A stretch of DNA of 58,781 nt from the NCBI GenBank assembly GCA_010093995.1, contig ML992504.1:1849394-1908174 (forward strand). Direction: 5' to 3'. Every line of letters starts with the position of its first letter. The stretch's first letter is position 1. Of this stretch, positions 1 to 12,010 are shown piece after piece. The translations under genes and the position numbers were made by a program. Source of the DNA: Elsinoe ampelina. Lineage: Eukaryota. Below the pieces are notes generated by a model. It searched no databases. It worked only from the letters and a program-made list of their open reading frames with translations, and was not told the origin of the DNA.

Positions 1-297
1 GACAAATCCGAGGCCTGTCCATTTTGCGGCTAGGAGAGTTTGTTCTCGTACGTATTGCTTATTCTCTGTACTGAGCACACGTGCAACCTGTCTTTGAACA
101 AGGGAACGGGGTAGGTGAGCACCAGGTTGCGCTAGGAAAGGTAATTGTGGTCGAGGCGCATTCGTTCTTGTCAAGAGGAGAAGTGGGTGGTTAGACGTGA
201 ACAGGCGCGGTCTGGAGACGGCGCTGGATGGTCGGGCGCGCCATGACGGACGCAGCAGTGAAGCCGTCCGAGATGCAGTCAGTATGCTGCGCTGCAT
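1..297 (-). CDS. 5' part of a gene running off the window; N-terminus resembles a mitochondrial targeting peptide
   Basis: ATG at 297-295 opens a 99-codon frame with no stop to base 1: MQRSILTASRTASLLRPSWRARPSSAVSRPRLFTSNHPLL...VLSTENKQYVREQTLLAAKWTGLGFV. The N-terminus is Arg/Ser/Leu-rich and lacks acidic residues. It is absent from the ORF track, probably because its stop lies outside the window. Confidence 0.6.
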   Translation of the reverse strand, partial: MQRSILTASRTASLLRPSWRARPSSAVSRPRLFTSNHPLLLLTRTNAPRPQLPFLAQPGAHLPRSLVQRQVARVLSTENKQYVREQTLLAAKWTGLGFV

Positions 298-783
298 TGA
301 GGTCTTGTCATGACATGTTGTCTTGTACTGATGTGTAGGGAAGTTGAGGAAGGAGCTCCACTGTCTGGGCTTGAATTTGCTCTCGGCCTCGGCACGTTGC
401 CGTCGAAAACGTGTCACGCCTTTGCAAGAGATCAAGACAATTCCAGAACCTCAGAATGACCCATTTTGCGCATTGGTGATAGTATTGCAGTGCAGGTCAT
501 AACTACCAGGGTCACTATCCCAGACCACGTCACTCAGCAGCTAAGAATTAGTGTGCGAACACTTTACCCCGAATATACCGGTAACTAGTCTTTGGGGACT
601 TGGTGATGTTTCTCGCTTCTACAAAATCAACGGGCCATCAGGTCTCATCTTCGCCCAGATATCAACGTAGTCACTGGGCAACGGCGAAAGGATACAGATA
701 TATTTCATGTATTCAAACGTGCCACTTTGTAGAATTTCTGGTTCCTCAGCTCACAGCTGAGAAAGAACATTCAATACTTCATC

Positions 784-1130
784 ATGAAGCTCTCTATCGC
801 CACCCTATCATTGGCGACATTGGTGCCAGCCGCATTGGTCACGCGCAACACCAATTACACGACAGGCAATGTGGCCGACGATGTTACAGCCAACAGATGT
901 GGCGCTCTCACAGTGTTGTTTGCTCGTGGCACAACAGAGCCAGGAACACTCGGCATCATGGTCGGACCTCGACTATTTGCGGAGCTTAGGAATGACACGA
1001 ATGGCGATGTTGATCCGGCTACCAGGGAAGGCAATATCAATCGAGGTCAGGATGGCGGGCCAGAGATGGCTCGTTTGGCTCAGCTGGCAGTGCAGAATTG
1101 CCCAGAGACAAAGATCGCGCTTGTAGGGTA
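784..1130 (+). pseudogene. Cutinase (CE5) gene, fragment 1 of 3 (signal peptide to ...KIALVG)
   Basis: Signal peptide MKLSIATLSLATLVPAA followed by cutinase motifs C..LTVLFARGTTEPG..G..VGP and CPETKIALVG. The apparent stop TAA is the TA of the Tyr codon of GYSQG joined to the first base of the transposon TIR. Confidence 0.93.
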
Positions 1131-1171
1131 ACGTCTGCCCCGGGGATCTGGCCATCCCCTAGAACTGGCCA
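1131..1171. repeat. Left TIR of transposon A (partner 3842-3882)
   Basis: acgtctgccccggggatctggccatcccctagaactggcca versus the reverse complement of 3842-3882, atatctaccctagggatctagctatcctctagaactagcta: 10 differences, all C>T or G>A. Confidence 0.92.
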
Positions 1172-3882
1172 CTTTAGGGTTAACCCTATCTGCAGCCAAT
1201 CGGAGAGCGTGATTTTGCCCCGAGACTAGTCCAAAATAGTGTTCTCGGATTTCTATCTTCTTCTAAGCTTTATTACACCTGACAACTACCTTTTCTAATA
1301 GTTCTAGCTATCTTAATTAAATGTAAAAAGTAGCTTAAAGAGGCTATATATGAATATTATTATTAGAAAGGTAAGATATTGAAAAAAGAGCTTAAATAGC
1401 GCTTTCCTCTTGTTACTAGACAAACTCTTACTTATTATTTAAGAGAATTATATAAGTTATATATAATAAGCTATTCTTATTAGTAGTACCTTATACTAGC
1501 ATAAGAGAATGCTCTAATTAAGTTTATTTACTTTCTATCCTTTAATAGCTTTAATCTAAACAATTACTAGCTTAATTAGTACACTAGTTACTTACTTAAA
1601 TTCTTAACTATCTAACTAGTATATATACTCTCTACCTCTATTAGTAAGTACTAGTATATCTACTTTAAAGAGCGCTATCTAGAGATCGATCTCTAGTGTC
1701 GTTCGGCTATAGATAGTAATAGATTAGAAGAGCTTAGTAACACTAAAAAGGTAAAGGCTTAGTTTAAGTTAGTAGTATACGCCTTTAAAGTCTTTAATAT
1801 TAAGCCTTATAACACTTATAATATAGACAAGATTAGCTATATACTTAGTTAATTACTTTATAAGTAGATCTAGATTATAAGTAATAATAAGTATAAGTTC
1901 TATTTATATTAATCTAGTAACTATAAGTAGGCTATAGCTATTAAGACTCTAAGTATTATTAGCTATATAGTACTACTAATGTTTATCTTAAAGAGTTAAA
2001 CTATTTAAGATAGCTAGTTTAATAACTTAATTAATTTACTAGAGAATTTAATATATACTAATACTATAATTAACACCTCTTTAACTAGCTAGATAAACGA
2101 CAAGATTACTATTAAGTAGTTAAGGAATTACTTTATCTCCTTTACGTAGTCTCTTAATAAGTAAGAGAGAAAGGTAAAAGAGAAGAATCTTAATTAAAAC
2201 TAGTATTTACTTCTCTTTAATAGTTATTACTTATACCTTATACTAGAGTTTATCTAATTAGCTTAGAAGTACTATATTACTCTATTAAAGCTTCTAGTAT
2301 ATACCTTATACTTCCTCTAGCCTTTTAACGTTACTATATTTACTAGTTTAAAGTATAAATATCAAGGTAAAGTTTACTAGATTATATATAAGAGAGTTTA
2401 ATAGATTAGTAAGTACTACTTTATTAAAGCTTATATTAATTGCTATAATGCAGTCTTTAGTAGTAATAGCTAGATAAGGGCCTTTAAAGTTACTAGTATA
2501 TAGCTAAACAATCTAGCACTAGTTCTCTATCGAATTTAGCGCTATTTACTCTTTTAATTAACTTCTTAATTAATCTCTTAATCTACCTCTTAATTAACCT
2601 CTTAATTTACCTCTTAACCTCTAGATTTAGAGGCGAATTTAGCCTCTTAATTAAGTACTTAATCCTTATAAAATTTAACTCTAAATTTATAGTTAAATTT
2701 ATAGTTAAATTTTATAGAGATTTTAACCTTCTTCTTTATAGCTTCTATCTCTCTTCCGGCTACTCCTTTAAGGCACTCTAACTCCTTATTAAGCAATAGT
2801 ATGCTAATTAAATCGGCTAAGTAGTTTAACTAGAGACTTAAGTAACTCCTCGATAATTAGTAGTATACTAAGTGTAGTTTAGCTAGCTATTAATAAGCTT
2901 CTTAATCTCTTTTTAAAGCTATAAAAGTAATAGAGAAGAAGGTAAATATTACTAAGAAGGAGGTAAAGCTCTTAAAGAGAAAGTTACTTAGCATTAATAA
3001 GCGTACTAAGAAGAAGAATAAGCGTCGGTATAATAGTACTAGTTATCTATCTAGTAGTGCTTTAATTAGTATTAAAAGAGTAATAGAGTAGAGAAATACT
3101 AATAAGAAGATAGAGGAGACTTACTATGTTAAGAATACTACTTATAAGTATAGAGTTAACTTTAGTAAGTAGATTTAAGCCTTAAAGAAGTCTACTAAGC
3201 GCCTCTTAGCTAAGTATCTAGAGCGCCTCTACCTTTTATAACTTAAAGAGAATTATAAGTAATCTAAGCTAGACTATAATACTACTAAGAAGAGTTACTT
3301 TAAGTTATAAGAGCGCTATAATAGATTAAAGAGTAAGAGTAAGAGACTATTAATACTAGAGCGTAATAGCCTTAAGATAGATAAGGCTAATACTACTATA
3401 TAGATCGACAAGCTACTACTAGAGATACTACTAGAGTTACTACTAGAGGTAAAGGAAAAGAAAGAGAAGAAGAAGAAGAAGTACTAAGCTATTACTAATA
3501 TTCTTTATAATACTTAATTTTAGTAAATTGTTATAAATCTAACACCTTAAGAGGTTAGAGATAGCTAGAGTACTTAGTATATAGTACTATATAACTAAAG
3601 GACATAAGGAAGTAATTTTATACTATATAATAGGTTATTTAGCACTTTCTAAGGTCTTAATTATAAGCTAAAAATACTAACTCTAAGCCTTAGCCTTATT
3701 TACCTCTATACTAGCAACAATAATTTAGTTAAGTTAATTCTTACTAAAAGCTATAAGGTATACTAAGATATATATCTTTTACTAATTCTAGTAGGTCGGC
3801 GTATCTTTAGCTATATCTTACTACTTTCCGGAACTAAGGGATAGCTAGTTCTAGAGGATAGCTAGATCCCTAGGGTAGATAT
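1131..3882 (+). mobile_element. pogo/Fot1-like Tc1-mariner DNA transposon A, RIP-inactivated, 2752 bp
   Basis: 41-bp TIRs (1131-1171 and 3842-3882) and TA duplication at 1129-1130/3883-3884. DDE_1-type relic motifs: NTYN(M)D(E) near 1811, LLLF(DGHHSH) near 2208, (H)FL(Q)PF(D)V near 2308. Confidence 0.9.
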
Positions 3883-3933
3883 TATTTATAAGGTGCTATA
3901 GTTATTCGAAACGCTATATTAGTTAGCGGCATA
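3883..3933 (+). pseudogene. Cutinase fragment 2 of 3: RIP-mutated catalytic-serine segment between two transposons
   Basis: Reads TAT TTA TAA GGT GCT ATA GTT ATT CGA AAC GCT ATA TTA GTT AGC GGC ATA. Reverting C>T/G>A gives Y-S-Q-G-A-M-V-V-R-N-A-...-G-I/V, in frame with both neighbouring fragments. Confidence 0.88.
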
Positions 3934-4007
3934 ATATATAAGATAGAGATTTATATACTACTCTCCTTTATACGCTAAGATAGGCTAGCTTACTAATTTA
4001 ACTCGAT

Positions 4008-4471
4008 TATTACGAACTAGTAGAACAAGCTAGAGTATAGAGACGTTAGGACTAATTAAACTACTAAGGTTATTACGTAACTTAGCTTAACGTTTACTTA
4101 GTTCTCTATCTTCTCTAGTAGCTCTACCCTAGAAGCTATAGAGTATATAGGTTACTAGCGGACATATACTTTATATTTCTCCCGACTCTCGCTATAGAGT
4201 ATATAGAGTATATAAAGTACATAAGAGAGAATATATATATATAGAAGTAGTTCTTACCTTATATAAGTACTATAGTTAACCTCGTCTAGATAGTAAACAC
4301 TAGTATTACTAAGGCTAGCCTTTATAATACTATCTAATTATACTTTATTATCTATAAGATATACCTTCTCTAACTCTTACCTTAGTGCTATACTACTATA
4401 GAAGTAGAACTACCTCGTTCTTAGCTTAGCTTAGACTACTAATATAGGCTATGTTTAGACGGTTTATAACA
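4008..4471 (+). repeat. Gypsy 5' LTR
   Basis: Direct repeat of 10567-11030 with T(G>A)TT...AACA termini; the differences seen are transitions. Confidence 0.95.
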
Positions 4472-6566
4472 TTTTAACTACCCTTACTATAGTATAGCAC
4501 GCTATAAGGTTAATAAGTAACTTTCGCTCTAAGTTACTATTAGTATCTTTAATCGCTAGTAAGCTAGAAAAGCTTACTATTAATAACATATCTACTACTA
4601 GTTTAACCTCGGGCGAATATAGAAGGTCTCTTAGTATAGGAGAAGGATAGAGTAAGCCTAAGTTAGAAGTAGAACTCTTCTACGGGGACTACGCTTACTT
4701 AAGGCACTTTCTTATTTAACTTAAAGCCTTCTTCGCTCTAGAGAGAGATAAGTACGCTAACAACGTAGTAAAGGTTCTCTATACTAGGATATACCTAAAA
4801 GGCACTATCTTTAGGTAGTTTAAGCCTTATATAAGTAGCTACCTAGATAGACACCTAAGCCTAGATATAAAGGCTATCTTTAAGAGCTTTAGTATCTTCT
4901 AGGCGAAGATTAAGTAAGTCTTTAACGTATCTAATAAGGAATATATCGCTACGATAAAGTTCCAACAACTATAACAACGTAGGTCTATAGCCTAGTACTA
5001 TTCCTAGTTCTAATAACTCGTAATGTACCTAGACTAGGATAATAGTACTAAACATTTAGTATTCTACTAAGGACTAAGCGACTTAGTTAAAGACTAAATA
5101 ATACTCGAGCTGCCTAATAGCCTCTAAGAACTAGTAGATACTATAATTACTATTAATAACTAACTTTATAAACGATATATAGAACGTTATAGAGAATATA
5201 AGGTAAATACTAGATATACGCGTTTCTCTCGAAACTATAGAGACCCTATAGAACTTAACGCTATACGTAAAGGTTGCCTCTTATAGGTATAAGGCCGAAG
5301 TTATAGAGGAAAGTTCCTTAGTAGAAAAGAGAGAGAGAAGTATAGATAAGACAATCTATGTTTTAAGTATAAAAGACCTAGGTATTAGGCTAGGGACTAC
5401 TAATAAGAGACACTAGCTAATAATTTACATATAATAGTTACTAGGCTAGTAGAGAAAAAGGCTAACACTATTATAGAAGACCTAACGACCTTTAGTATAG
5501 GTAAGGAAATATAGAAGAAGTCTATAATAACTTAAGAGACAATAGAATTCTCTCTAGATGTTATACTTAATATCTCTATAACTAATAGTAAACAACAAAG
5601 CTAATACGTAATACTATTATAAATAGTATATTATAATAACTCTTATTATATTTACTTGTTAGATAAGTAAGAATCTAGTTAGTTTCTATATAAGCTATCT
5701 AAGCGTAGGTAACTAACGAAATAGCTAGACTAGAAACTTAACCTAGAAAGGCTCTCTATAATTATTAGTAACATTAACTAACCTTAGAAGGTAGTTAGTA
5801 ACAATTACTAATATACGATTATTAAGACGAAGTATTAGGACGCAAGTACTATATAATAATATAGTAGCCTTACCTTTAGCTCTTATAGCGAACTATAAGG
5901 AAAGGTATATTATATATTACTCTAGAAATGTATAAATCTAAATTACGAATAGTACTATACTATTTACTTACACGATGTACTTAGAGAAGAGGCTATTAGT
6001 CTTAAATACACTATAGACTTCTTAGTAATCGAAATAGGTAGTACTATTCCTTATAGCTAAGTATAGAAATATACTTAGTATAGCCTTACTAACTATAACT
6101 ATACTAGGGATAGTAGTGACGAAGAGAAATATAACAAAGAATATACTAAATAACTACAATATAATAATATAGATAAAGACTTATCTAATAACAAAGACAA
6201 TAATATACTACTACTAAGTAGACGACTTAAGGCATACCTTATAGAGATATAGAGAAACTATATAATAATATATATCTACTACTAGAATAGAGTATAACAA
6301 GACGAATCTACTTAACTCGTATTTGTCTTTAACGTAAATACCTAGCTCTATCTAGAGAGAATAGTTATACTAATATAGGTATATAATACTACTCGGTGTA
6401 ATTAGTAGAGAATTATTAAACTTTATAGTTACTAAGGGACTTAGGCGCTAGAAGTTTACCTCGCTATATTAAATAATAATAAGACATAACTTGCCTAATA
6501 GATATAGTACTAATAGTAGATATATATAGGAAGGAATTAGCTATTTATCTAAGGAGCTACAATGAC

Positions 6567-6576
6567 AAAAAACTAG
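6567..6576 (+). promoter_or_regulatory. Putative -1 ribosomal frameshift slippery site (AAAAAAC) plus stop codon at the gag/pol junction
   Basis: AAAAAAC TAG about 120 bp upstream of the protease motif; matches the X XXY YYZ slippery consensus. RIP could have created some of the A residues. Confidence 0.55.
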
Positions 6577-9500
6577 CTAGTTATCGCCTAAGGAGGCAAG
6601 ATAATAACACTAGCTAAAGCCTTAATATAATAAAGATCTATATATTAAATTACTTTATCCTAGAAGTCTAGATATAAGGAAATAAAGTAAGAGTAATTAT
6701 AGATTTAGAAGCTAACTATAGCTACGTCTCTATAATAGTTACTAAATAGCTTAAACCTTATTAATATTAGAAGGAGTTACCTTACCTACTTACTATAGTA
6801 GATAGAACCTCTATAGGGAAGGATAGAAAAGTTACTTAGGAACTATAAAACGTTATAATTAAAATTAAGACATATATAGAAAAACGATTAATTAATATAG
6901 TTAATATGTAGTATAATATAGTACTTAGTATAGACTAGCTTTAATAACACAATCTAGACGTAGACTAGATTAAAGAAACACTTAAATTCTCTAAGTACAA
7001 TTATAAGACGTAGGGAGTATAATTAGCTCTATAGATACTAACTATAAGAATAGTATAGGTATAACTAATAGTTAGAGCTATCGCTAGCGTAAGTAATTAA
7101 GTACTTCCGCCGGAATATAAAGACTTCGAGAACTTATTTAAAGAAAGAGAAAGTATTATAGCCTTACTCTAATATAAACTATAGAATTATAAAATACCTT
7201 TTAAAGAGAGTAAATCCCCGACACACTATTAAGGTCTTATACTACTATCGAAATAAGAGAAGGACGTTCTTAAGAACTATATTAATAAGCACTTACTTAA
7301 AGGATTTATATAACTATTAAAATTACCTATTATACATAGAGTACTTTTCGTACCTAAGAAGAATAGAATATTATAAATATATATTAATTACTAGAAACTT
7401 AATATACTTACCTAGAAGAATTACTATCCTCTACCTAGGATTAACAAACTCTAAGACTAACTACTTAGAGCTAAATAGTTCACTGTAATTAATATTAGAG
7501 ACGCTTATTATTAAGTATAAATAAAGGAGAGTAAGGAGTAGAAAACAGCTTTTAGGACACAATAGAGTCTATATAAATACCTCGTTATACCCTTTAGGTT
7601 AACTAACACTCCCATAACCTTCTAAGAGTTAATTAATAACACTCTATAAGAATACCTTAACAACTTTGTCTTAGTATATCTAGATAATATTATTATCTTC
7701 TTAAAGATGTATAATAAACATATAGGACATATTTATAAAGTACTATAGAAACTAAAAGAGAAAGACCTACTAGTAAAACTCTCTAAGTGTAAGTTCTATA
7801 AGCATAAGATATAATTTCTAGGCTATGTTATATCTACTAATAGTATTAGACCCGATCTAAAGAAGATTAAGTTAGTAAATAACTAGCCGGAACCTATAAT
7901 AGTTAAGGAGGTTTAAGCGCTACTAGAGTTTTTTAACTACTACTATAAGTTTATTAAGGGGTTCTCTAAGGTAGCTACGCTAATATCTAACTTTATAAAA
8001 AAGAAAACTAGCTTTATCTTTAACGAAAAATATAGGTAGGCCTTTAAGGAGCTAAAGCTTAGACTTATAATAGTACTTATCCTAGTACTCTTTAACCTAG
8101 ACTAATAAGCACTACTAGAAATAGATACCTTAGACTTTATAATAGAAGTATATCTAGCGTAGAAAGACATATAGGGACGACGCTACCTAATTATATACTA
8201 CTTACGAAAAATAACTAGGCCTAAACTTAACTACGATATATATAACAAAGAATTACTTATAATTATAAAAGCATTCCGCGAATAGCGTATATACCTAGAA
8301 GGAATAACCTTACCTATATAAGTCTACACCGACTATAAGAACCTATTATATTAGATAATAACTAAGGCTCTTAATAGACGATAGGTTTAATAGTTAGAAA
8401 CACTTATAAGCTATAACTTTTAGATCTACTATATTAAGGAATTAGAGAATAGTAGAGTAGACGCTCTTAGCTAATAACTAGACTACTTAAAGAATATAAC
8501 AATAATAGAGGCCTCTATACTAAAGTAGTAAGACGGCGCTTTAGTCTATAAGCACCCGAAGGTAAAGTAATTATATAGCCTTACCTAGGAGCTTATATAA
8601 GAATAGAAAAAAGAAGTTATTTAAATATACTATAATAACTTAACTACGGGACATAGTAGGATTAATAAGACTATTAAACTTATTACATAAAACTACCTAT
8701 AGAAAGAACTCTAAAATAATATTAAGATATATATTACTATATATAATACATGCTATAAGTCTAAGCACTTACGACATAAGCTATATAGCCTACTATAACT
8801 CTTACTACTACTAGATAAACTATAGTAATTAGTTATAATAGACTTTATAGGACCTTTACTACTATTAGAAGAACCTCTTATAGATGTAAAGTATAATAGT
8901 ATTCTAGTCCTAGTAGATAGATTTACGAAGTATTACTACTTTATACTATATAAGATAATAGCAACTACCGAGGATATAGCCTTTACCTTTCTTTAAATAA
9001 TTATTTTATAACACGGAGTACTATAAGACCTAATAACTAATAGAGATAAGCTATTTACGTTATAATTCTAGTAATTATTTATAGACCTACTAGGAGTTAA
9101 ATATAAGCTATTAATCTTCTTTTACCTATAAACGAATAAATAAACTAAATAGGCAAATTAAGTACTAGAGTAGTACCTATAATACTACCTAAACTATAAG
9201 TAAGACTTATAGGTAACACTATTACTACTTACGGAGCTTGCTATTAATAATAGAAAGTCCGTAAATAGAGTTTTACTATTCTATGTAAACTATAGAATAT
9301 ACTCGAATCTATACTACGACATACTTAAAATTAAGCTAGTATCTAAGGATGCTAATATACTAGTTACTAACATTAAGAAACTATATAACTAGCTATACTA
9401 TAATATAGCATTTATATTATAAAGAATAGTAGAATTTACTAACTAGACGAGAATTGCGAGACTAATTCTATAGAAGAGAGAGAAAGTTTATCTCCTTAGT

Positions 9501-9949
9501 AAAAATATTAAAACAAAATAACTAAGTAAGAAACTTAACTACACTAAACTAGGACTCTTTAAGATCCTAGAAAAGAAAAACAAGAACGTATATAAACTAG
9601 AACTACCGAGATATATAAGGATCTATTTAGTTTTTTATATATTACTACTAGAGAAAGCACTATAGAACGCTATACTCGGACCTATCGAACTAGACGAAGA
9701 AACATAAGAGCTATAGTATAAGATTAAAAGGATTTTATATTATAAACTTATAAAAGAAAAATGCTACTATTTTATTTACTAGAAGGGACATTAGTATAGT
9801 AAAGTAATATAGGAACTAGAGGAATACCTTACCTCGTAAGTAATTCTAAATTACTAAATTAAAAACCTATTCTAAGTAAACTAACTAGGTAGGCCCGACG
9901 CTACTACTACTAAACAAAAACAAGAATGCTCTAGGAAGACTACTTAGCT

Positions 9950-10492
9950 AATAGAAGTACCTTAATCGTTACTAAATAGAGAACTCTAATTAGAGTTAAG
10001 CATAAATAATTACTAGTTCTATAGTAGGATAGGATCTACTAATAATAGTATTTCTTTCTACTCTAAGACTTAAATATAAGTCTCCTCTAGAGAGATTACT
10101 TTCTCTACCTTATCCTTTAACTTTTATATCTCTTCACATAGGCGAAGCTTATCACCTATAGCTCTCTAATAAGCCTCTTTTACCTTTTTATAAGCTTCTT
10201 TAGCTTCCTTTCTAGTAGCCTTAGCTATAACTAATTCCTTTCGTAAATAAATATACTTAGACTAGAGACGCTACTATTCTAATTTTGTTACTTAAATATT
10301 ATAACTAGAGTAGTTACTTATAATATACTAGCTATAGATACTTAACCGAATATAGACCTTATAGTCTAGCCCCTTCGATTTATAATAAGAATAAGCCTAT
10401 AGCATATTAGTTCTAAATAGTTTAATAAACTCTAAAAGATTCTTTCGTATAGATATACTAGATTTACTATGCCTTTAATAACTAGAAGGCAT
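9950..10492 (-). pseudogene. Antisense accessory ORF relic in the Gypsy 3' region: Zn(II)2Cys6-spaced Cys cluster plus coiled coil
   Basis: ATG at 10492. Six TAT codons (TGT after reverting G>A) fall in Cx2Cx6Cx8Cx2Cx7C spacing, followed by LRKELVIAKATRKEAKEAYKKVKEA...KLRLCEEI.KLKDKVEKVISLEE. Stops are only TAA/TAG. The 3' end is approximate. Confidence 0.7.
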
Positions 10493-10566
10493 ATTTAGTA
10501 TATAGCGCGTAAAGATAGAGAAGAATACTTACTTGTTAGGATAACTTAATTAAAGAAGAAGAGTAA

Positions 10567-11030
10567 TGTTATAAACTAGTAAGATAAGCTAGAGCATAGA
10601 GATGTTAGAACTAATTAAACTACTAAGGTTATTACGTAACCTAGCTCGATATTTACTCGGTTCTTTATCTTCTCTAGTAGCTCTACCCTAGAAGCTATAG
10701 AGTATATAGGTTACTAGTAGACATATACTCTATATTTCTCCCGACTCTCGCTATAGAGTATATAGAGTATATAAAGTACGTAAGAGAGAATATATATATA
10801 TAGAAGTAGTTCTTACCTTATATAAGTACTATAGTTAACCTTGTCTAGATAGTAAATACTAGTATTACTAAGGCTAGCCTTTATAATACTATCTAATTGT
10901 ACTTTATTATCTATAAGACATATCTTCTCTAACTCTTACCTTAGTGCTATACTACTATAGAAGTAGAACTACCTCGTTTTTAGCTTAGCTTAGACTACTA
11001 ACATAGGCTATATTTAGACAGTTCGTAACA
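10567..11030 (+). repeat. Gypsy 3' LTR
   Basis: TGTT...AACA, preceded by the purine-rich tract aaagaagaagagtaa and followed by TSD TCGAT. Confidence 0.95.
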
Positions 11031-11807
11031 TCGATATAGACATAGGCTACGTTATACTAAGAAGTAATACTAATTAGAGATCTAGAAACTTCGCCGATAT
11101 CTAGCCTAAATAGATAATCGAGATATCTCTAACTTTGCTTAATAGCTATAGAACCTCTTACCTATTCTACTTTACTATACTCCTCTCTAGAATAACTACT
11201 TTATATTATAAAGAAGTAATTTAAGCTATAATTAATAAATATTATACTAGTAAAAAGCCTTTAACCTTTATAGAACTTACCTAGTGTTATCTAGGTATTA
11301 ATCGAATAACTCTCTCTTAATATATCTAGAGTAAGTATACTATAGTATTAGAAGCTACTATACTATAATAACGACTTACCCCTATATAAGAGTAAGCTCT
11401 AGTAAGCTATATTAAGTATCTAATTAATAGTAGTTATCTACTAACCTATACTATAATTAGTAAACTTACTAATTAAATTCTCTAGCATAACTAGAAGTAT
11501 AACTCCTCTACCCCTTATTAGTTATAGCCTTAGCCTATCGGTTAGAAGTAGCCTTATAAGTTCCTTAAGCGCTATTTAGAACTCTTCCTTAAGTACACTT
11601 AAGCTCTCGATAGTAAAAGAGTAAATAAGAACTAAGATCTAGCTTTAATTAAGTCGTAGTTTAACATCCTAGAAGCGACGATTAACTAGTATAATATTAA
11701 TAGTTATAACATATATAACATAGATAAGACTAGATATATAATAGGCTAAACTAGCCTAGCTTAGTTAGTTATTAAGAGAGACTTAAAGGCACTAATATAC
11801 TACTAAC

Positions 11808-12010
11808 TATTAAGTAGAAGGCACATTTAGAGGTGGAATATTATATAGAACTAATTATACACTAATTAGGTAATAGACGAGTTAGTTAATTAAAAGAAGT
11901 CTATCTACTAGAAGAAAGAACAGCTATAAATCCCTAGGCCTTAGCATTATATAACTTAAAGTTATATAACTTTATAGCCTAATTATCTAGAGAGAGCTAT
12001 ATTCTTAACA
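11808..12010 (-). repeat. Nested Copia 3' LTR
   Basis: 203-bp direct repeat of 24785-24987. Confidence 0.93.

Larger units (their letters stand above)
4008..11030 (+). mobile_element. Ty3/Gypsy chromovirus LTR retrotransposon, full length, RIP-inactivated
   Basis: 464-bp LTRs (4008-4471, 10567-11030), 5-bp TSD TCGAT (4003-4007, 11031-11035) and a purine tract before 10567. Relics in Gypsy order: gag with CCHC knuckle near 5358-5400, protease IID(SG)AN near 6695, RT FVPKKN near 7347 and YLD(D) at 7677-7688, RNase H, integrase, chromodomain-like end near 9715-9870. Confidence 0.95.

Noticed and set aside
1128..1133. GTAACG as a possible intron donor in the cutinase
   Set aside because: The ACGT belongs to the transposon TIR, and the reading frame resumes directly at 3883 without needing an intron.
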